DNA of 64,000 nt, taken from sequence record MK308675.1. One strand, given 5' to 3'. Below the pieces are notes generated by a model. That model did no database searches, was not told the origin of the DNA, and saw only the letters and a list, made by a program, of their open reading frames with translations. Positions within the stretch are counted from its first letter, which is position 1, and each line of letters begins with the position of its first letter. Positions 45,033 to 56,045 of this stretch are shown piece after piece. The position numbers were made by a program, and so were the translations under genes.

Positions 45033-47183
45033 TTATGCTGCTAAACCGTGTCGCTCGATAGCTTCAGAAAGACTACGCGCGCCCTTAACCTTCTCGACTG
45101 TAGATGCCTTAAGGTCTGCTAGTACGCGTGTCTCAAACTCCATGTCACCTAACTCTTTAGCCAGAACTTTTATCTGCTGAGTCATTGTGGCTGCCATGAG
45201 GTCGTCGTTACAGTTCATCAAACGTTCTTTTAGTTCCGTGATACGCTTAATCAAACGCTCGCGGTAGATGCGTTCTTGAATCTCTTCTTCACTTAGTTCC
45301 GCACCCATGTCATTTACTAGAGACTGAACAGTACCTGGCTTAATGCCGTACCAGCTCAAGTTAGTGGCGAACGTGGAGAACCAGTGAGCCAGCAACCATG
45401 CGATAACCATATCGTCATGCTCACCTGCCGGGTGGTCAATGCGGCCGTTAGATTTACGCACAAGCCCGCGTATCTGTTCGGATAACATCTTATTATTGAT
45501 GAGATGAGCGGTGGACTGAGCTGCTTTCTGAAGAACCATGTTATATAGAACAGGGCGAGATTGTCCCGTTGTTTTAAAGCCAAAGTACTTCTTGTATTTC
45601 TCATACAAAGCAGGGTCTAACATATCGGAACCTTGCTGCACTTCTAGCCAAGCTGTAGACATCTGTTGAGGTTTATCAACGACCTGGTTAAAGATACGTC
45701 GGAACGGGTTCTCACCTGCCTGATACAGGTACTCGGCAACAATGTCAAGTAGTGCCTGTCCGGAGGCAGCGTTCTCTAATACCAAAGTCATGTTATGAAA
45801 GCTAGTCAATTGCTTAGCAATCCAACGACCTAGGACAGGGATAGAGGTTGTGGTAATGTTAGTGCCGGCTACGACTTCCATATTGCGAAGGTCCACAATA
45901 AGAATGCCGTTACCATCTTCACCAACAGATTGAGAAGGGTCGACACAAAGCGCTAGTTCAGTAGAAGTAAGACGCTTCTGTATTTCGTGTGGCGGTATGT
46001 ACCAATCCAGCACGTACTTCTCTTTGAACTTCTGACAGTAAGTAGGTTCTCTGACCGCCTGAGCCACTACTCGGTTGAGAGTAACAGATAGAGGAGAACT
46101 TTCACTACCTGAGGTCCACATGTTTAGATAGTCGCGTTCAGCACCATCTTTATCCGCAGCAGATTCTGAAATCTTACGGCGTAGCCATTCATCGTCCTTA
46201 CCGATTTGACGGTGAGAGAATGTACCGTTAACTAGACGACGGTCTGGGTTAGCTGCATGGACTTTAATCATTTCCCATGCTTCTTCGCGTGAGCCTGCAT
46301 CTAAAAGGATTTCAGACCAGTACATGCCGGAGTGGATAAGCTCGTACATGAACTTACCTTCTTTAGTATCTTTCTTACCTGCCGTTGTAGTGAACAAGTT
46401 TCCGTAGAAGGTCTGGTTCTCTTCGGCGATATCACGTGCCGTACCCGCACCCGCTAGGGCTACTGGGAGAGAGATGTGTACGTTAACGCAGTAAGGGGCC
46501 TCATCGAGCTGGATGATAGGACAGGTTAATCCTCGGCCTACGTTATCCGCAGCACCCTTATCTTTTTGAGCAACCGCTGTAACGTATTCGTTACCCAGCA
46601 AGTTACAAGTAAGTTTCTCAGTGTTGTTCGCGTCTTTGCCTGGCTGATAGAAGCTGAGGTAGGGAGGGAGAAGGTCCCGTATCTCTTTAAGACGCTTGAT
46701 GTTCTTAACGCGTAGGTCATCACCGCGCGTTAGAAGCTGAATAGAAAGCTTTTTACCAGCTACGTGCATTAGCCAGTTGTTGAGAATATCGGCCCCTACT
46801 GACTTACCACACTGACGCGGCATGATGTTAGCGAAATCGATATTGTTAAGGAAGCACCAGTTAAGTGCCATGTTTGCACGGTTAGCCAAATACTTAGATG
46901 GCTCAGGTGTACCTGCTTGTGGTACTCTAGCTACTTCACGAAGGAAGTACCAATAGTTGTAGTTTGATTCGATAGCGATGGCTGCTACTTGCTCGGTAGT
47001 CAGGTCGGGACTGAATGGGTCGACACCTTGCAACGCCGGATTCATCAATGCCAAAGGCCATGCGTGGTTAGCACATCCTAACGACTTAAGAGTTTTTGCA
47101 TAATGAAGAAAACTTGCGTTTGTTGTCGAGGTGTCCGCTATTGCGTCTGGGTATCTGGCCCAGTCACTGGCATGTCTAATCAT
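45033..47183 (-). CDS. terL: terminase large subunit
   Basis: Walker A PRQCGKS, Walker B IIQLDE, nuclease motifs LCVDPS and HDDMVIAW. Confidence 0.93.
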   Translation of the reverse strand: MIRHASDWARYPDAIADTSTTNASFLHYAKTLKSLGCANHAWPLALMNPALQGVDPFSPDLTTEQVAAIAIESNYNYWYFLREVARVPQAGTPEPSKYLANRANMALNWCFLNNIDFANIMPRQCGKSVGADILNNWLMHVAGKKLSIQLLTRGDDLRVKNIKRLKEIRDLLPPYLSFYQPGKDANNTEKLTCNLLGNEYVTAVAQKDKGAADNVGRGLTCPIIQLDEAPYCVNVHISLPVALAGAGTARDIAEENQTFYGNLFTTTAGKKDTKEGKFMYELIHSGMYWSEILLDAGSREEAWEMIKVHAANPDRRLVNGTFSHRQIGKDDEWLRRKISESAADKDGAERDYLNMWTSGSESSPLSVTLNRVVAQAVREPTYCQKFKEKYVLDWYIPPHEIQKRLTSTELALCVDPSQSVGEDGNGILIVDLRNMEVVAGTNITTTSIPVLGRWIAKQLTSFHNMTLVLENAASGQALLDIVAEYLYQAGENPFRRIFNQVVDKPQQMSTAWLEVQQGSDMLDPALYEKYKKYFGFKTTGQSRPVLYNMVLQKAAQSTAHLINNKMLSEQIRGLVRKSNGRIDHPAGEHDDMVIAWLLAHWFSTFATNLSWYGIKPGTVQSLVNDMGAELSEEEIQERIYRERLIKRITELKERLMNCNDDLMAATMTQQIKVLAKELGDMEFETRVLADLKASTVEKVKGARSLSEAIERHGLAA

Positions 47184-47250
47184 GAGTGTTTGCCTCGTTA
47201 GTTTTATAAATAGGGACCGCCTTACGGCGAGTCCCTCTATATAATTGCCT

Positions 47251-48909
47251 TTACGTCAAGTCTGGATTGATGTACAGCGGAGATAGAGCTAGCGTCTTAT
47301 CGCCTCCTGGAGTCTCCAGAATGAAGCGAACGAGTGCAGTCTTACCATCGGCCCAGTTGGTCATGCCGCCTGGGAGAGCGATGTTAGAGAAGTAATCGTT
47401 GACACTAATCTTAGCTGTCTCAGCACCATCATACATCACAGTGAAGTGTGTAGGAGTTGGTGCCTCAGTTAGTACCGCTGGGTCGTATAGTGGCTCAGCA
47501 GAACGGTAGAGCTTAGTCAACCATGTTGCTTGAACTGCTTCACCTAAACCTACGTTAAGTTCAGTACCGCCCAAGTTAGTTGAAGCCGCAAGGTCCTGAC
47601 CGTAGACGTTAGAACCATCGCCGACGTAGTCGAGTAACCATTTCTGTCCACTGATTGCGCCAGGCTGGTCAACTGTAATCTTGAAGGTCTGGGTATGAAC
47701 ATAGCCTGCATAAACAGAAGGCGAAACCGTTTCCATATCCAACGATAGAGAAATCTCTTGTTCGTTAGTGAAGTCGGTACCAGCAATAGGCTGGCCATCT
47801 GAGTTACGTACAGCTGTAACATCCGAGGTCACTTCAGTTAACAAGTCGCCATCTAGATTGATAACCCAGTAGCGGAAGTTGTAACGAGTATTCGCAGAAT
47901 CCCACTCAGGAACAATGAAGACTTTAAGTGCGAAGCTGTCACCGCGTACGACGTTAGCCAAGCGATAGATAGCGGACACTACTGGGGTCACACCAATCGA
48001 ACCATTGATGAACGGTTCGTTTGCGCCAGGGTAGTATTTCAACACAACGTTACGTGGGCGACCCGCATAAGAAGTATCGAAACCTACAACGCCGTCTAGT
48101 ACCATCTTAGTACCATCGATGTTCATCTCTACGGAGTCACCATTGTTGTAATGGAGAACACCTTTGAATAGAGCCGAACTAATCGGAGTACCGATGGTGT
48201 TAAGAATGAGGTCAGTCTCGGAAGAAGAAATCAAATCACTCTTAAGCGATACGCGGTCGATGTACTTAGTGGTTGCATCTTGAGGACGGAAGCCTGCTGA
48301 TTCAAATGCAAGGAAAGTTTGCTCAGAGTAACGTTGTCCAGTACCAGTAAAACTAACGCCCGTGATTACCTCACCAGCATCTAGTTCTTTCGTGGTCTTG
48401 AACTGTACAGGTCGCTTCTGTGTACCCGCAGCGTTCAGGTCGGTAAGAGGAATCTCGATGCCTGTTAGAACACCGCTGCCGTTGTAGACTTCGGAGATAA
48501 CTTCGCCATCAGCTGATGTGTCAGTACCACGGAAGAATACCATCTTAACCGGACCACTACCAAACAGAGTATATTTACCGTCCACTTCAACAGTGTAAGG
48601 TGCTCCGTTTGACTTGTCGATAAAGATTTTGTTTGCAGCGTTTGGCTGGTAGCTAGAAACGCCAGTGATAAGAGAAGTCGAGTCGATGTTAAAGCGACTG
48701 TCTTGAGAGAACGGCGAAACGAACTCTAGCGTAGGTCGGTTATCCGTTACGCTAACAACGCGATACATGCCGCGACTCCAGTCAACAACCATGTCGTCGA
48801 CGTTAGGTACCCAATAGGCGCGGTCATCCGGTGAGCCTTCTAGGTACATCTGCGAGATGAGCCACTGGTTAAAAGTGTCTGCATCTGGATGAAGAAATTT
48901 TAATGACAT
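47251..48909 (-). CDS. virion structural protein (phiKZ gp26-like, baseplate)
   Basis: 552 aa, beta-rich; YWVPNVDDMVVDW motif; directly upstream of terL. Confidence 0.7.
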   Translation of the reverse strand: MSLKFLHPDADTFNQWLISQMYLEGSPDDRAYWVPNVDDMVVDWSRGMYRVVSVTDNRPTLEFVSPFSQDSRFNIDSTSLITGVSSYQPNAANKIFIDKSNGAPYTVEVDGKYTLFGSGPVKMVFFRGTDTSADGEVISEVYNGSGVLTGIEIPLTDLNAAGTQKRPVQFKTTKELDAGEVITGVSFTGTGQRYSEQTFLAFESAGFRPQDATTKYIDRVSLKSDLISSSETDLILNTIGTPISSALFKGVLHYNNGDSVEMNIDGTKMVLDGVVGFDTSYAGRPRNVVLKYYPGANEPFINGSIGVTPVVSAIYRLANVVRGDSFALKVFIVPEWDSANTRYNFRYWVINLDGDLLTEVTSDVTAVRNSDGQPIAGTDFTNEQEISLSLDMETVSPSVYAGYVHTQTFKITVDQPGAISGQKWLLDYVGDGSNVYGQDLAASTNLGGTELNVGLGEAVQATWLTKLYRSAEPLYDPAVLTEAPTPTHFTVMYDGAETAKISVNDYFSNIALPGGMTNWADGKTALVRFILETPGGDKTLALSPLYINPDLT

Positions 48910-48921
48910 TTCTAATCACCT

Positions 48922-51765
48922 TTAGTTGATGAAGAAGTCACGAGCGACATTCACTCGGCTTGCAAAGAAATATTCGTTTAGTCTACGAATAAGCGAGTAC
49001 TGTTCCGAACTTAGACCGATAGGGTCTTTCTCAGCATGACCATAACAAGCAATGAAGTCATAGTCATAAGACGGCTGTCCGCAAGGGTCACCATCCAACA
49101 GGTATTGGTAGTCACGCGTCAAGAAGTCGATTGCTGCATCGCTCAGGTCTGTCCCGTTAGGGATGATAATATTAGCTTTAAGTGCGCGAGTCACTTCAGA
49201 CAAGAACGAGCTAACCACCTGAATCTGGCGAGGGATGTTAATTACGCCGACTTCCACTTGAGGTAGAACGGTATTCAGGTAAGCTGCTAATGTAGCAGTC
49301 TTAGTGGCAGCTTCTTCACGGCTATCGGAGAACTTCTCAATCGTGAAACGACTTACGGAGTTACTCTTACCAGAGAAGTGATAAAGCTTAGCATTGTCCG
49401 GCGTAACCAGAGGTAAGCCTTTCTTCGCTACGTACTTCGTACTTAGGTCGACATCGGAGGTAACGTCAGTGTTAACTTCAGCGCCGTCTTTATATACGAC
49501 CTTCTGCATTAGCTTATTGCCGTAGACAAAGAGAACAACGTGAGTATCTGTAGTACCATCCAAGAAGTAAGGAATGCTAGTCCAGATTCTTCCCCAGTCG
49601 GCTTCTTCAAATACCGCAGACGCTTTTACCTCTACTGAAGTAAAGTAGGCAACTTCTCCATAGCGAACCATGGAACCGGCAGGATAAGTGGTGCCCTCTA
49701 GCCACTGTGGTAGTTCCAGAACAGTCGGAGTGAACTCATACTCACCGCGATACGCTTCAGCTAAGTAAACGTCTTCTAGTGACTTCAGCTGACCTTCTAT
49801 AAAAAGACGGAAGTTGCGGTTACGAACCAAATCGACATCAGTGTCGTGGTTAACCATTCCATCTACCATAAAGCCGAACTGGCCATCTTCAACATCGTTA
49901 GGCAAAGCGTGCGCAATAAGAACCACTTCCACTTCCTGAGCAGGGTCGACGTAATCGAGATGTTCTAAGGTATGCAGATAGAGTTTAAAGTCTTTATGTG
50001 TGTACTCCATGCCCGCTGCGAGTTTACGGCCGTTAAACCAAACGTCAACGCGACCGAAGTCAAACTTCGTAGCAGATATACTGCCGCCACTGAAGATGTT
50101 GATGGGTTTAGTTAAGTCACTGAAAGGAACAGTAACAGTTCTCAGCGAGAGATACTTAGACGAACGTTTCATCTTGTCAGCAGAGAAGAGCGGAGCTGAC
50201 CACTCTACGCGGCCTGATAGGGCATTGTAGGTATAGTCGGTACCATATGTCGCCTTTACCCAAGTCAAAGCGCCGGAGAGCTTATAGAAGCGTTCCTCGT
50301 CCATTTCTCCTGGGATGTCATTGTCGCCGTTAACCGTAGTGTCCATAGCCGATGCGTCAGCAATGTCCTCACCGCAATAAACGATAATGTCTTTAACGTC
50401 TGTCGGTACTGCGTGAGTATTGCCTGGGTTAGCACCATTAGCATAATGCTGATAGCTATGTAAAGAACCATCGGCATCTAAGTTAATAACTACGCAACCT
50501 TCTCGAGCAGCTTCTGGTAATGTCCAGAGAGTGTCCGATTGCTTGACTGGATAATGAAGTGCTTTAACAACACCGTAGTAGTTGTAGACATTCTTCATGC
50601 CCGCTTCATTAAGTTCATGTCCTGGGGTATTAAGCCACTTCATGAAAGCACTAGCTTCTAGATTGGAAGCGCGCCAAGGTTCAAAGGTACCGGCACCACC
50701 ACTTAGGATAGCGTGGCGGATACCATAATCCAGAGAATAAAAGTCGTCCAGATACTGACCATCTCCCACATTTACATCACCGTTAGTTGTCTTACGCAAG
50801 AATACACGAACGAAAGCACCACCTAAAGGAATCTCTCCGCCATGTTGAATGACGAGTTCATTTAGGCGCTGAGTGTTAAATGCCCAGTCTCGGTGTGTAA
50901 TCTGCGTTAACTGCGTGTTCTCTTGTCGGTCGTGATAACAGCCAATGGTGCGGCCGTTTAAATCGGTGCCGCAAACGAAGAACTCAACGTCGTCGTAGAA
51001 GAGGAAGTCCTCGTCCACAAACCCAGGTGTGATAACAGTACCTTTGGCCATGTTATCGCGCGCACTCATAAATGAAACGAAATCCGTAAAAGGAATGTCG
51101 AACATCTCAGTGCCGGATGGGTCATGTACCCACTGAAGAGTATCGCCCACATCTATTTCCACAACCGTCGGCCTTTCGATAAAGTAACCGTTACGGAACC
51201 AGAACGTGTGGCCTTCAGTGAAACCACGCGCTAAGTAATCCGCGATGGTATCAGCAATATCCTGCTCGACTTCACAGAGTTTAGAAACAGCACTGATTGG
51301 AGCGGGTGCCCCAGGTTGGTTAAACCAGCTGTTACTATAAAAGCGGATATAAAGGTCGTCGGTAATATCGAACAGGGCTTTGTTCTTGTCGATAGAGACA
51401 GCAAACAAAACATTGTTATCGTTGATGCGCATTACTTTCACACTGTCGAACTGACACATGCGTTGGTTAAGCATAGGGAACATGACTAGGTTCTCACCTT
51501 CCATGATTTCCACAGCATCACGCCAGACTAGGTTTGTCTTCTCTAGACCGATGAGTTTAGGGTTAAGGCTACCATACTCATAGATAGCCCAGCGCTCCGT
51601 TACGTTCGGAGCAGGGTACGTCTGGAAAGGAGTACGGTGTGAGCCACGTACGCCGTATGACGGTGTAACCAACATAGGCTTGATGAGTAGCTGACGGTCC
51701 TGTTCTGGATTCGCCCAAGCATTCTCGATGGCGTGTCTCAGAAGAGCACCTGAAAAATCAAACAT
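48922..51765 (-). CDS. virion structural protein (phiKZ gp27-like, baseplate)
   Basis: 947 aa; LLRHAIENAWANPEQDRQ start; syntenic position. Confidence 0.7.
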   Translation of the reverse strand: MFDFSGALLRHAIENAWANPEQDRQLLIKPMLVTPSYGVRGSHRTPFQTYPAPNVTERWAIYEYGSLNPKLIGLEKTNLVWRDAVEIMEGENLVMFPMLNQRMCQFDSVKVMRINDNNVLFAVSIDKNKALFDITDDLYIRFYSNSWFNQPGAPAPISAVSKLCEVEQDIADTIADYLARGFTEGHTFWFRNGYFIERPTVVEIDVGDTLQWVHDPSGTEMFDIPFTDFVSFMSARDNMAKGTVITPGFVDEDFLFYDDVEFFVCGTDLNGRTIGCYHDRQENTQLTQITHRDWAFNTQRLNELVIQHGGEIPLGGAFVRVFLRKTTNGDVNVGDGQYLDDFYSLDYGIRHAILSGGAGTFEPWRASNLEASAFMKWLNTPGHELNEAGMKNVYNYYGVVKALHYPVKQSDTLWTLPEAAREGCVVINLDADGSLHSYQHYANGANPGNTHAVPTDVKDIIVYCGEDIADASAMDTTVNGDNDIPGEMDEERFYKLSGALTWVKATYGTDYTYNALSGRVEWSAPLFSADKMKRSSKYLSLRTVTVPFSDLTKPINIFSGGSISATKFDFGRVDVWFNGRKLAAGMEYTHKDFKLYLHTLEHLDYVDPAQEVEVVLIAHALPNDVEDGQFGFMVDGMVNHDTDVDLVRNRNFRLFIEGQLKSLEDVYLAEAYRGEYEFTPTVLELPQWLEGTTYPAGSMVRYGEVAYFTSVEVKASAVFEEADWGRIWTSIPYFLDGTTDTHVVLFVYGNKLMQKVVYKDGAEVNTDVTSDVDLSTKYVAKKGLPLVTPDNAKLYHFSGKSNSVSRFTIEKFSDSREEAATKTATLAAYLNTVLPQVEVGVINIPRQIQVVSSFLSEVTRALKANIIIPNGTDLSDAAIDFLTRDYQYLLDGDPCGQPSYDYDFIACYGHAEKDPIGLSSEQYSLIRRLNEYFFASRVNVARDFFIN

Positions 51766-51774
51766 GGTAACTCC

Positions 51775-52719
51775 TTATGCGCTAGTTGTCGCTAGGCTCC
51801 AGTCGCGTAAGTGGTCCGATACTTGCTCTACACGGACACGTGAGCGCTTCATTGCCGCAACTGCCTGACCTACTTTAGTACGGCTAAAGGTACCGATAGA
51901 TAACGACATGTCAATCATGTACGCCAACATAGGTGGGTGCTCAGTAGCAACACCGACGATGTCTTGTGCAGCAGCGCCCATCCAGCTAGAGCGAATAACT
52001 AACTGTAGTAGAGCACCAGCATCTAGACGAATAGCCGGAGTATCCAAATAAAGGTTAAGCTGGGTCAACCAAGTATTCAAATCGTTTTTACCGTTAGCTG
52101 CAACTTCAGAGATAGCTTGTTTGAACTGAGGGCTGCCCATAATAGAGCGCAATAGTTCAGACTGTAGGTTGAATGTGCGAGTAACGAAACGGTAAAGAAC
52201 CTCTTCGATATCTTTCTCGTCCAAGCGCTCAGTCAGGTCACTACCTGAGTAAAGAGTCAGTCGGTAATAAGCACCTAAGAAGATGCGGATGATTTCTTGC
52301 TGTAGTACAGTTGTAGAGAAACGTAGGCGGATTGCTTGAACCATCCATTCCGCATACACTGAACAAAGCTCACCAGCAATTCCTTCATAGCCGCCTTCAG
52401 TCAACCAGTTGTATTCAATGCTGGCACGGCGGATAGCATTGTTCATTTCAGGAGCCTGACGGATTTTACCTAGAGAGTCTTCGAATTGGCGTAAGTCTAC
52501 GATAACGTAAACTTCATCGCGATACTCAACGCCTACAGGTAGACGGAAAGGTTTTACTTCACTAGTGGAAATCTCAGGGTTGATTTTATACACCCCTTCG
52601 CGAATCTTGACTACACCGTCGTCACGACGAAGAATAGACTTGATTGCGAACTCACGCACTTCATTGATAACGTTAGCAGATAGACGGCCAAACGTTGTTT
52701 CGTAAGCACTCTGTTCCAT
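51775..52719 (-). CDS. virion structural protein (phiKZ gp28-like)
   Basis: 314 aa; SAYETT start and EHPPMLAYM motif; divergent from the sheath gene. Confidence 0.7.
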   Translation of the reverse strand: MEQSAYETTFGRLSANVINEVREFAIKSILRRDDGVVKIREGVYKINPEISTSEVKPFRLPVGVEYRDEVYVIVDLRQFEDSLGKIRQAPEMNNAIRRASIEYNWLTEGGYEGIAGELCSVYAEWMVQAIRLRFSTTVLQQEIIRIFLGAYYRLTLYSGSDLTERLDEKDIEEVLYRFVTRTFNLQSELLRSIMGSPQFKQAISEVAANGKNDLNTWLTQLNLYLDTPAIRLDAGALLQLVIRSSWMGAAAQDIVGVATEHPPMLAYMIDMSLSIGTFSRTKVGQAVAAMKRSRVRVEQVSDHLRDWSLATTSA

Positions 52720-52947
52720 AATACTAATTCCAGTTTTGTTGAAAAGTTAAAGTTATTAAGCAAGCCTGTTAATTAAAAAGCACAAATCAAATAGAGTTTA
52801 CCTCACGTTTTGAGGAAACACTATTCGGTCTGATAAAAAGGCAATGCTTTGGCGACATTGCGCCTAACGGAGATTTGTCTCCTATGGGATTTAGCCTACC
52901 TAACGTTAGAGAAAATAAGTTTATAAACTGTCTTGAGGAAAATGTAG

Positions 52948-54984
52948 ATGTCTATTAACAAACCTACACCAAGAGCGGTATTCCGAGGCTGGCAAGATTT
53001 GTCTACTCGTGCGTTGCCTGTAGTGCGCGACGAGTTGCCTATCCACCTTCCTCGTTTCTTCCTTCGTACACAGAAAGGTCCTCTAGAGGACATGTTTGTT
53101 AGTGGAAGCGAATTCCTTAACATGTACGGAGCAGATTCAGCTGACGAGCTGAAGCAATACTTCTCGCACCAAACGGTTGCCGCAGTTACTGCCATCGGCA
53201 ATGCAAACGCAGTCTACATCAAGCGTATCACGGGCACAGGCGCAGCTAAGTCTCGCTTAGTCCTAACGGCTGAAGTAGTCACTGCTGAGTTTGAAGAATA
53301 TCAACGTAGCGGTGACGGTAGCCTAGTTACCGACTTGAATGGCGACCCGCTAACCAACTCAGGTGTTACGTTTGATGGTACTCTTATCCGTTGGGCTGTA
53401 CGTCCAGTAACGGAACTGGAAGCTGGTGCAATCGCGAACCAAACTCCAGGTACTCTAGTTGGTAAAGTTGGCGAGCAATCAACAATTTACCCAATCCTAG
53501 AGTTTGAAGCTTCTCACATCGGTGAGTATGGTAACAACATCGGTTTCCGTATGTCTGTGCCGCACTCTAAGTCTGCTGAACCAGCAGATGCGTTTGTGGT
53601 AGAAGACCAGAAAACAATGATGTACCGTTTCGAACTTCTACAACGTGCTGCGGCTGACCGCACTGCTGTAGTTGTTCCGTCTCAGCTAGCTGAACGTTCT
53701 ATCGACGTAAGCTTTAAGTCTGGTGTTACTAATACTAACACAGCGGTAACATTTGAAATTGACCGTCTAGTTGAAAACTGGAACTTGGATGAAGTAGGTA
53801 GCGTACCTCGCTTTGGTCCTCTAGGTCAAATCTATGTCTACGAAGACAACATCGAAGCTATCCTTACTCAAGCTAAGGCAGCTGAAGACGCAGAGTCTGG
53901 TGTTACTATCGAAGACATCCATCAAGTCAACATCTTTACAGCTATCGGCTGGGATGGTAACAACCATGAGACCGTTCGTATTTCGGACGACTCTATTGAC
54001 TTGAACAGCGTTACTACGCACTACCTACAAGGTGGTAGCGATGGTTCTATGACCGACGCTGACTACGACGAGAAAGTACGTACTGAACTTGAAACAGGCT
54101 GGGAAAATCCAGACAACCCTGTACAAGACGCACTACGTTTCCCATTCTCTTGTATGTACGATACTGGCTTCTCTCTTGATACCAAGAAAGCAATGCTTAA
54201 CTGCCTAGGTGTACGTCCAGACATCCACGTTGGTGTTTGTACACACATTGAGGGTACTAACCCTAATGACCTAGCAGCAGAAAGTTCTGTTGGCCAAGTT
54301 CTACTACAAGCAGCTCGTCTAACTCCTGAGTCTTCTGTATATGGCACCGGCGTATGTCGTGCTACTATTACCCGCTCAGTGGGTACGTGGTCTGACTCTG
54401 TACGTAAGCGCACAGTTCCTCTACTTATCGACCTTATCGATAAACGTTCTAAGTACCTAGGTGCTGGTAACGGTGTAGCGAACGCAACTTACTCGTACGA
54501 CGAGTACCCAGCTAAGCTTGTAGCTAAAGTACTTAACCCTACTAACACTTACACTCCATCGGCTGTTAAAGACAACTTCTGGGACCTAGGTGTGAACGGC
54601 GTTGAATACCTAGGCCGTCAAGAAATCGGCTGGCCAGCAATCCAAACGGTTTACGAGAACAGTACTTCGGTTCTGAACTCTGACATCGTTATGCAGCTAA
54701 TGGTTGACGTGACTAAGCAGGCTCACCTGACTTGGGCACAGACTTCTGGCGGCTCTAAGGATACAGATGCGCAGTACTTCCAGAAAGTACAGGATAGCTT
54801 CAATGCGAAAGTAGAAGGTCGTTACGACAGCCGACTAACTATCCGTGCGACAGCTTACAAGACTCCGGAAGATAAAATCCGTGGGTACAGCTCGTCTATG
54901 GACATCGAAGTCTACGCCGATGTAATGCGTACAGTTCAACAGTTCAACATCATTGCGCGTCGTCGCTCTGACTTGACAGCATAA
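52948..54984 (+). CDS. tail sheath protein (phiKZ gp29-like)
   Basis: 678 aa; GWQDLSTR...HLPRF...KGP, LQGGSDG and MYDTGFSLDTK motifs. Confidence 0.9.
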   Translation: MSINKPTPRAVFRGWQDLSTRALPVVRDELPIHLPRFFLRTQKGPLEDMFVSGSEFLNMYGADSADELKQYFSHQTVAAVTAIGNANAVYIKRITGTGAAKSRLVLTAEVVTAEFEEYQRSGDGSLVTDLNGDPLTNSGVTFDGTLIRWAVRPVTELEAGAIANQTPGTLVGKVGEQSTIYPILEFEASHIGEYGNNIGFRMSVPHSKSAEPADAFVVEDQKTMMYRFELLQRAAADRTAVVVPSQLAERSIDVSFKSGVTNTNTAVTFEIDRLVENWNLDEVGSVPRFGPLGQIYVYEDNIEAILTQAKAAEDAESGVTIEDIHQVNIFTAIGWDGNNHETVRISDDSIDLNSVTTHYLQGGSDGSMTDADYDEKVRTELETGWENPDNPVQDALRFPFSCMYDTGFSLDTKKAMLNCLGVRPDIHVGVCTHIEGTNPNDLAAESSVGQVLLQAARLTPESSVYGTGVCRATITRSVGTWSDSVRKRTVPLLIDLIDKRSKYLGAGNGVANATYSYDEYPAKLVAKVLNPTNTYTPSAVKDNFWDLGVNGVEYLGRQEIGWPAIQTVYENSTSVLNSDIVMQLMVDVTKQAHLTWAQTSGGSKDTDAQYFQKVQDSFNAKVEGRYDSRLTIRATAYKTPEDKIRGYSSSMDIEVYADVMRTVQQFNIIARRRSDLTA

Positions 54985-54995
54985 GGAGGCTGATA

Positions 54996-55856
54996 ATGTC
55001 ACAGGTCCTTTTAGGCGCTGACCACAGCCTTAACCGTGGTGCAAACACTGGGGTCGCTGACCCTCGTGTTGGTGCACAGAACGGCTTGGTTCCTGACTTT
55101 GCTAACTGGGCAAACTCAGGCAAGATGGTTAAGCAGCGTTTGATTCCGGTTCTTATCCAAGAACCTTCAGGCATGCAGCTAATGGACGATGGTCCTAGCC
55201 GTATCGAATTCCTGAAAGCAATGGTAGAGCTACTGCCTAAATCTATTACGGGTCTAAACCGTTCTAAAGAAGGTGCGTTCCTAGAAACTGTTGCAACGAA
55301 CTCGGGCGAAGTAATGGAGACGGTTACTCGTGTATCTCGTCAACGTTCTACTCCGACGTACGTTTGGGATGAGCTAGATGGTAAACCAATCACTCGTTCA
55401 ATCGAGGACTGGATGGATGAGCTTATGCAAGATAGTATCACTGGTCACCCGGGTATTATCTCTAAGCCAGCCTATGAAGAAGCAGGTTCTCCTGCTATCT
55501 CTCCTGACTTCCAGTCAATGGTAGTGCTATTCATCGAGCCTAACCGCCAGATGAACGGTGTAACATCTGCTTACCTTTGTGCTAACATGATGCCTAAGTC
55601 GTTCACTGACGAGTCTTCTCGTGTTGTAGGTGAAGACCTTGAAGGTATGGAACAAACTGTAGAGTTTACTGCATTCACCATGACTGGTACTGCGGTTAAC
55701 GCTATGGCGCTTGAATACTTGAACTCTGTTCAGAAGACTGGTCTAGCTCCTCGCGGTCTAGCTCCATTCCAAGCGGGCCGTTCAGTTAACGTCGCATCTG
55801 ACGCTGCTCCTCTGGGTAACGTTGAAGCGGTTAACGCTGTAGCTGCTACTCTGTAA
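54996..55856 (+). CDS. tail tube protein (phiKZ gp30-like)
   Basis: 286 aa directly after the sheath gene; VLFIEPN...AYLCANMMPK motif. Confidence 0.85.
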   Translation: MSQVLLGADHSLNRGANTGVADPRVGAQNGLVPDFANWANSGKMVKQRLIPVLIQEPSGMQLMDDGPSRIEFLKAMVELLPKSITGLNRSKEGAFLETVATNSGEVMETVTRVSRQRSTPTYVWDELDGKPITRSIEDWMDELMQDSITGHPGIISKPAYEEAGSPAISPDFQSMVVLFIEPNRQMNGVTSAYLCANMMPKSFTDESSRVVGEDLEGMEQTVEFTAFTMTGTAVNAMALEYLNSVQKTGLAPRGLAPFQAGRSVNVASDAAPLGNVEAVNAVAATL

Positions 55857-55873
55857 GCAAAAAAAATAATGAT

Positions 55874-55904
55874 ATACTCCCCGAGCGAAATGCTCGGGGA
55901 GTAT
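55874..55904. terminator. bidirectional terminator after the tail tube gene
   Basis: ATACTCCCCGAGC/GCTCGGGGAGTAT stem. Confidence 0.75.
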
Positions 55905-55907
55905 TTG

Positions 55908-56045
55908 TTATTCTTCCTCTTCCTCGTCGTCAAGGAAGTCATCGATGTCGGAAGCCACATCCTCAGGATTTACTGGCTCTTCATCTAGGTCCAAATGGAG
56001 ACCGAACTCGTCTGCCCAGTCTCCTGAAATAGAGTCTCTAATCAT
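55908..56045 (-). CDS. 45-aa highly acidic microprotein (not in ORF track)
   Basis: MIRDSISGDWADEFGLHLDLDEEPVNPEDVASDIDDFLDDEEEEE; the start overlaps the upstream stop and the gene ends at a terminator. Confidence 0.65.
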   Translation of the reverse strand: MIRDSISGDWADEFGLHLDLDEEPVNPEDVASDIDDFLDDEEEEE

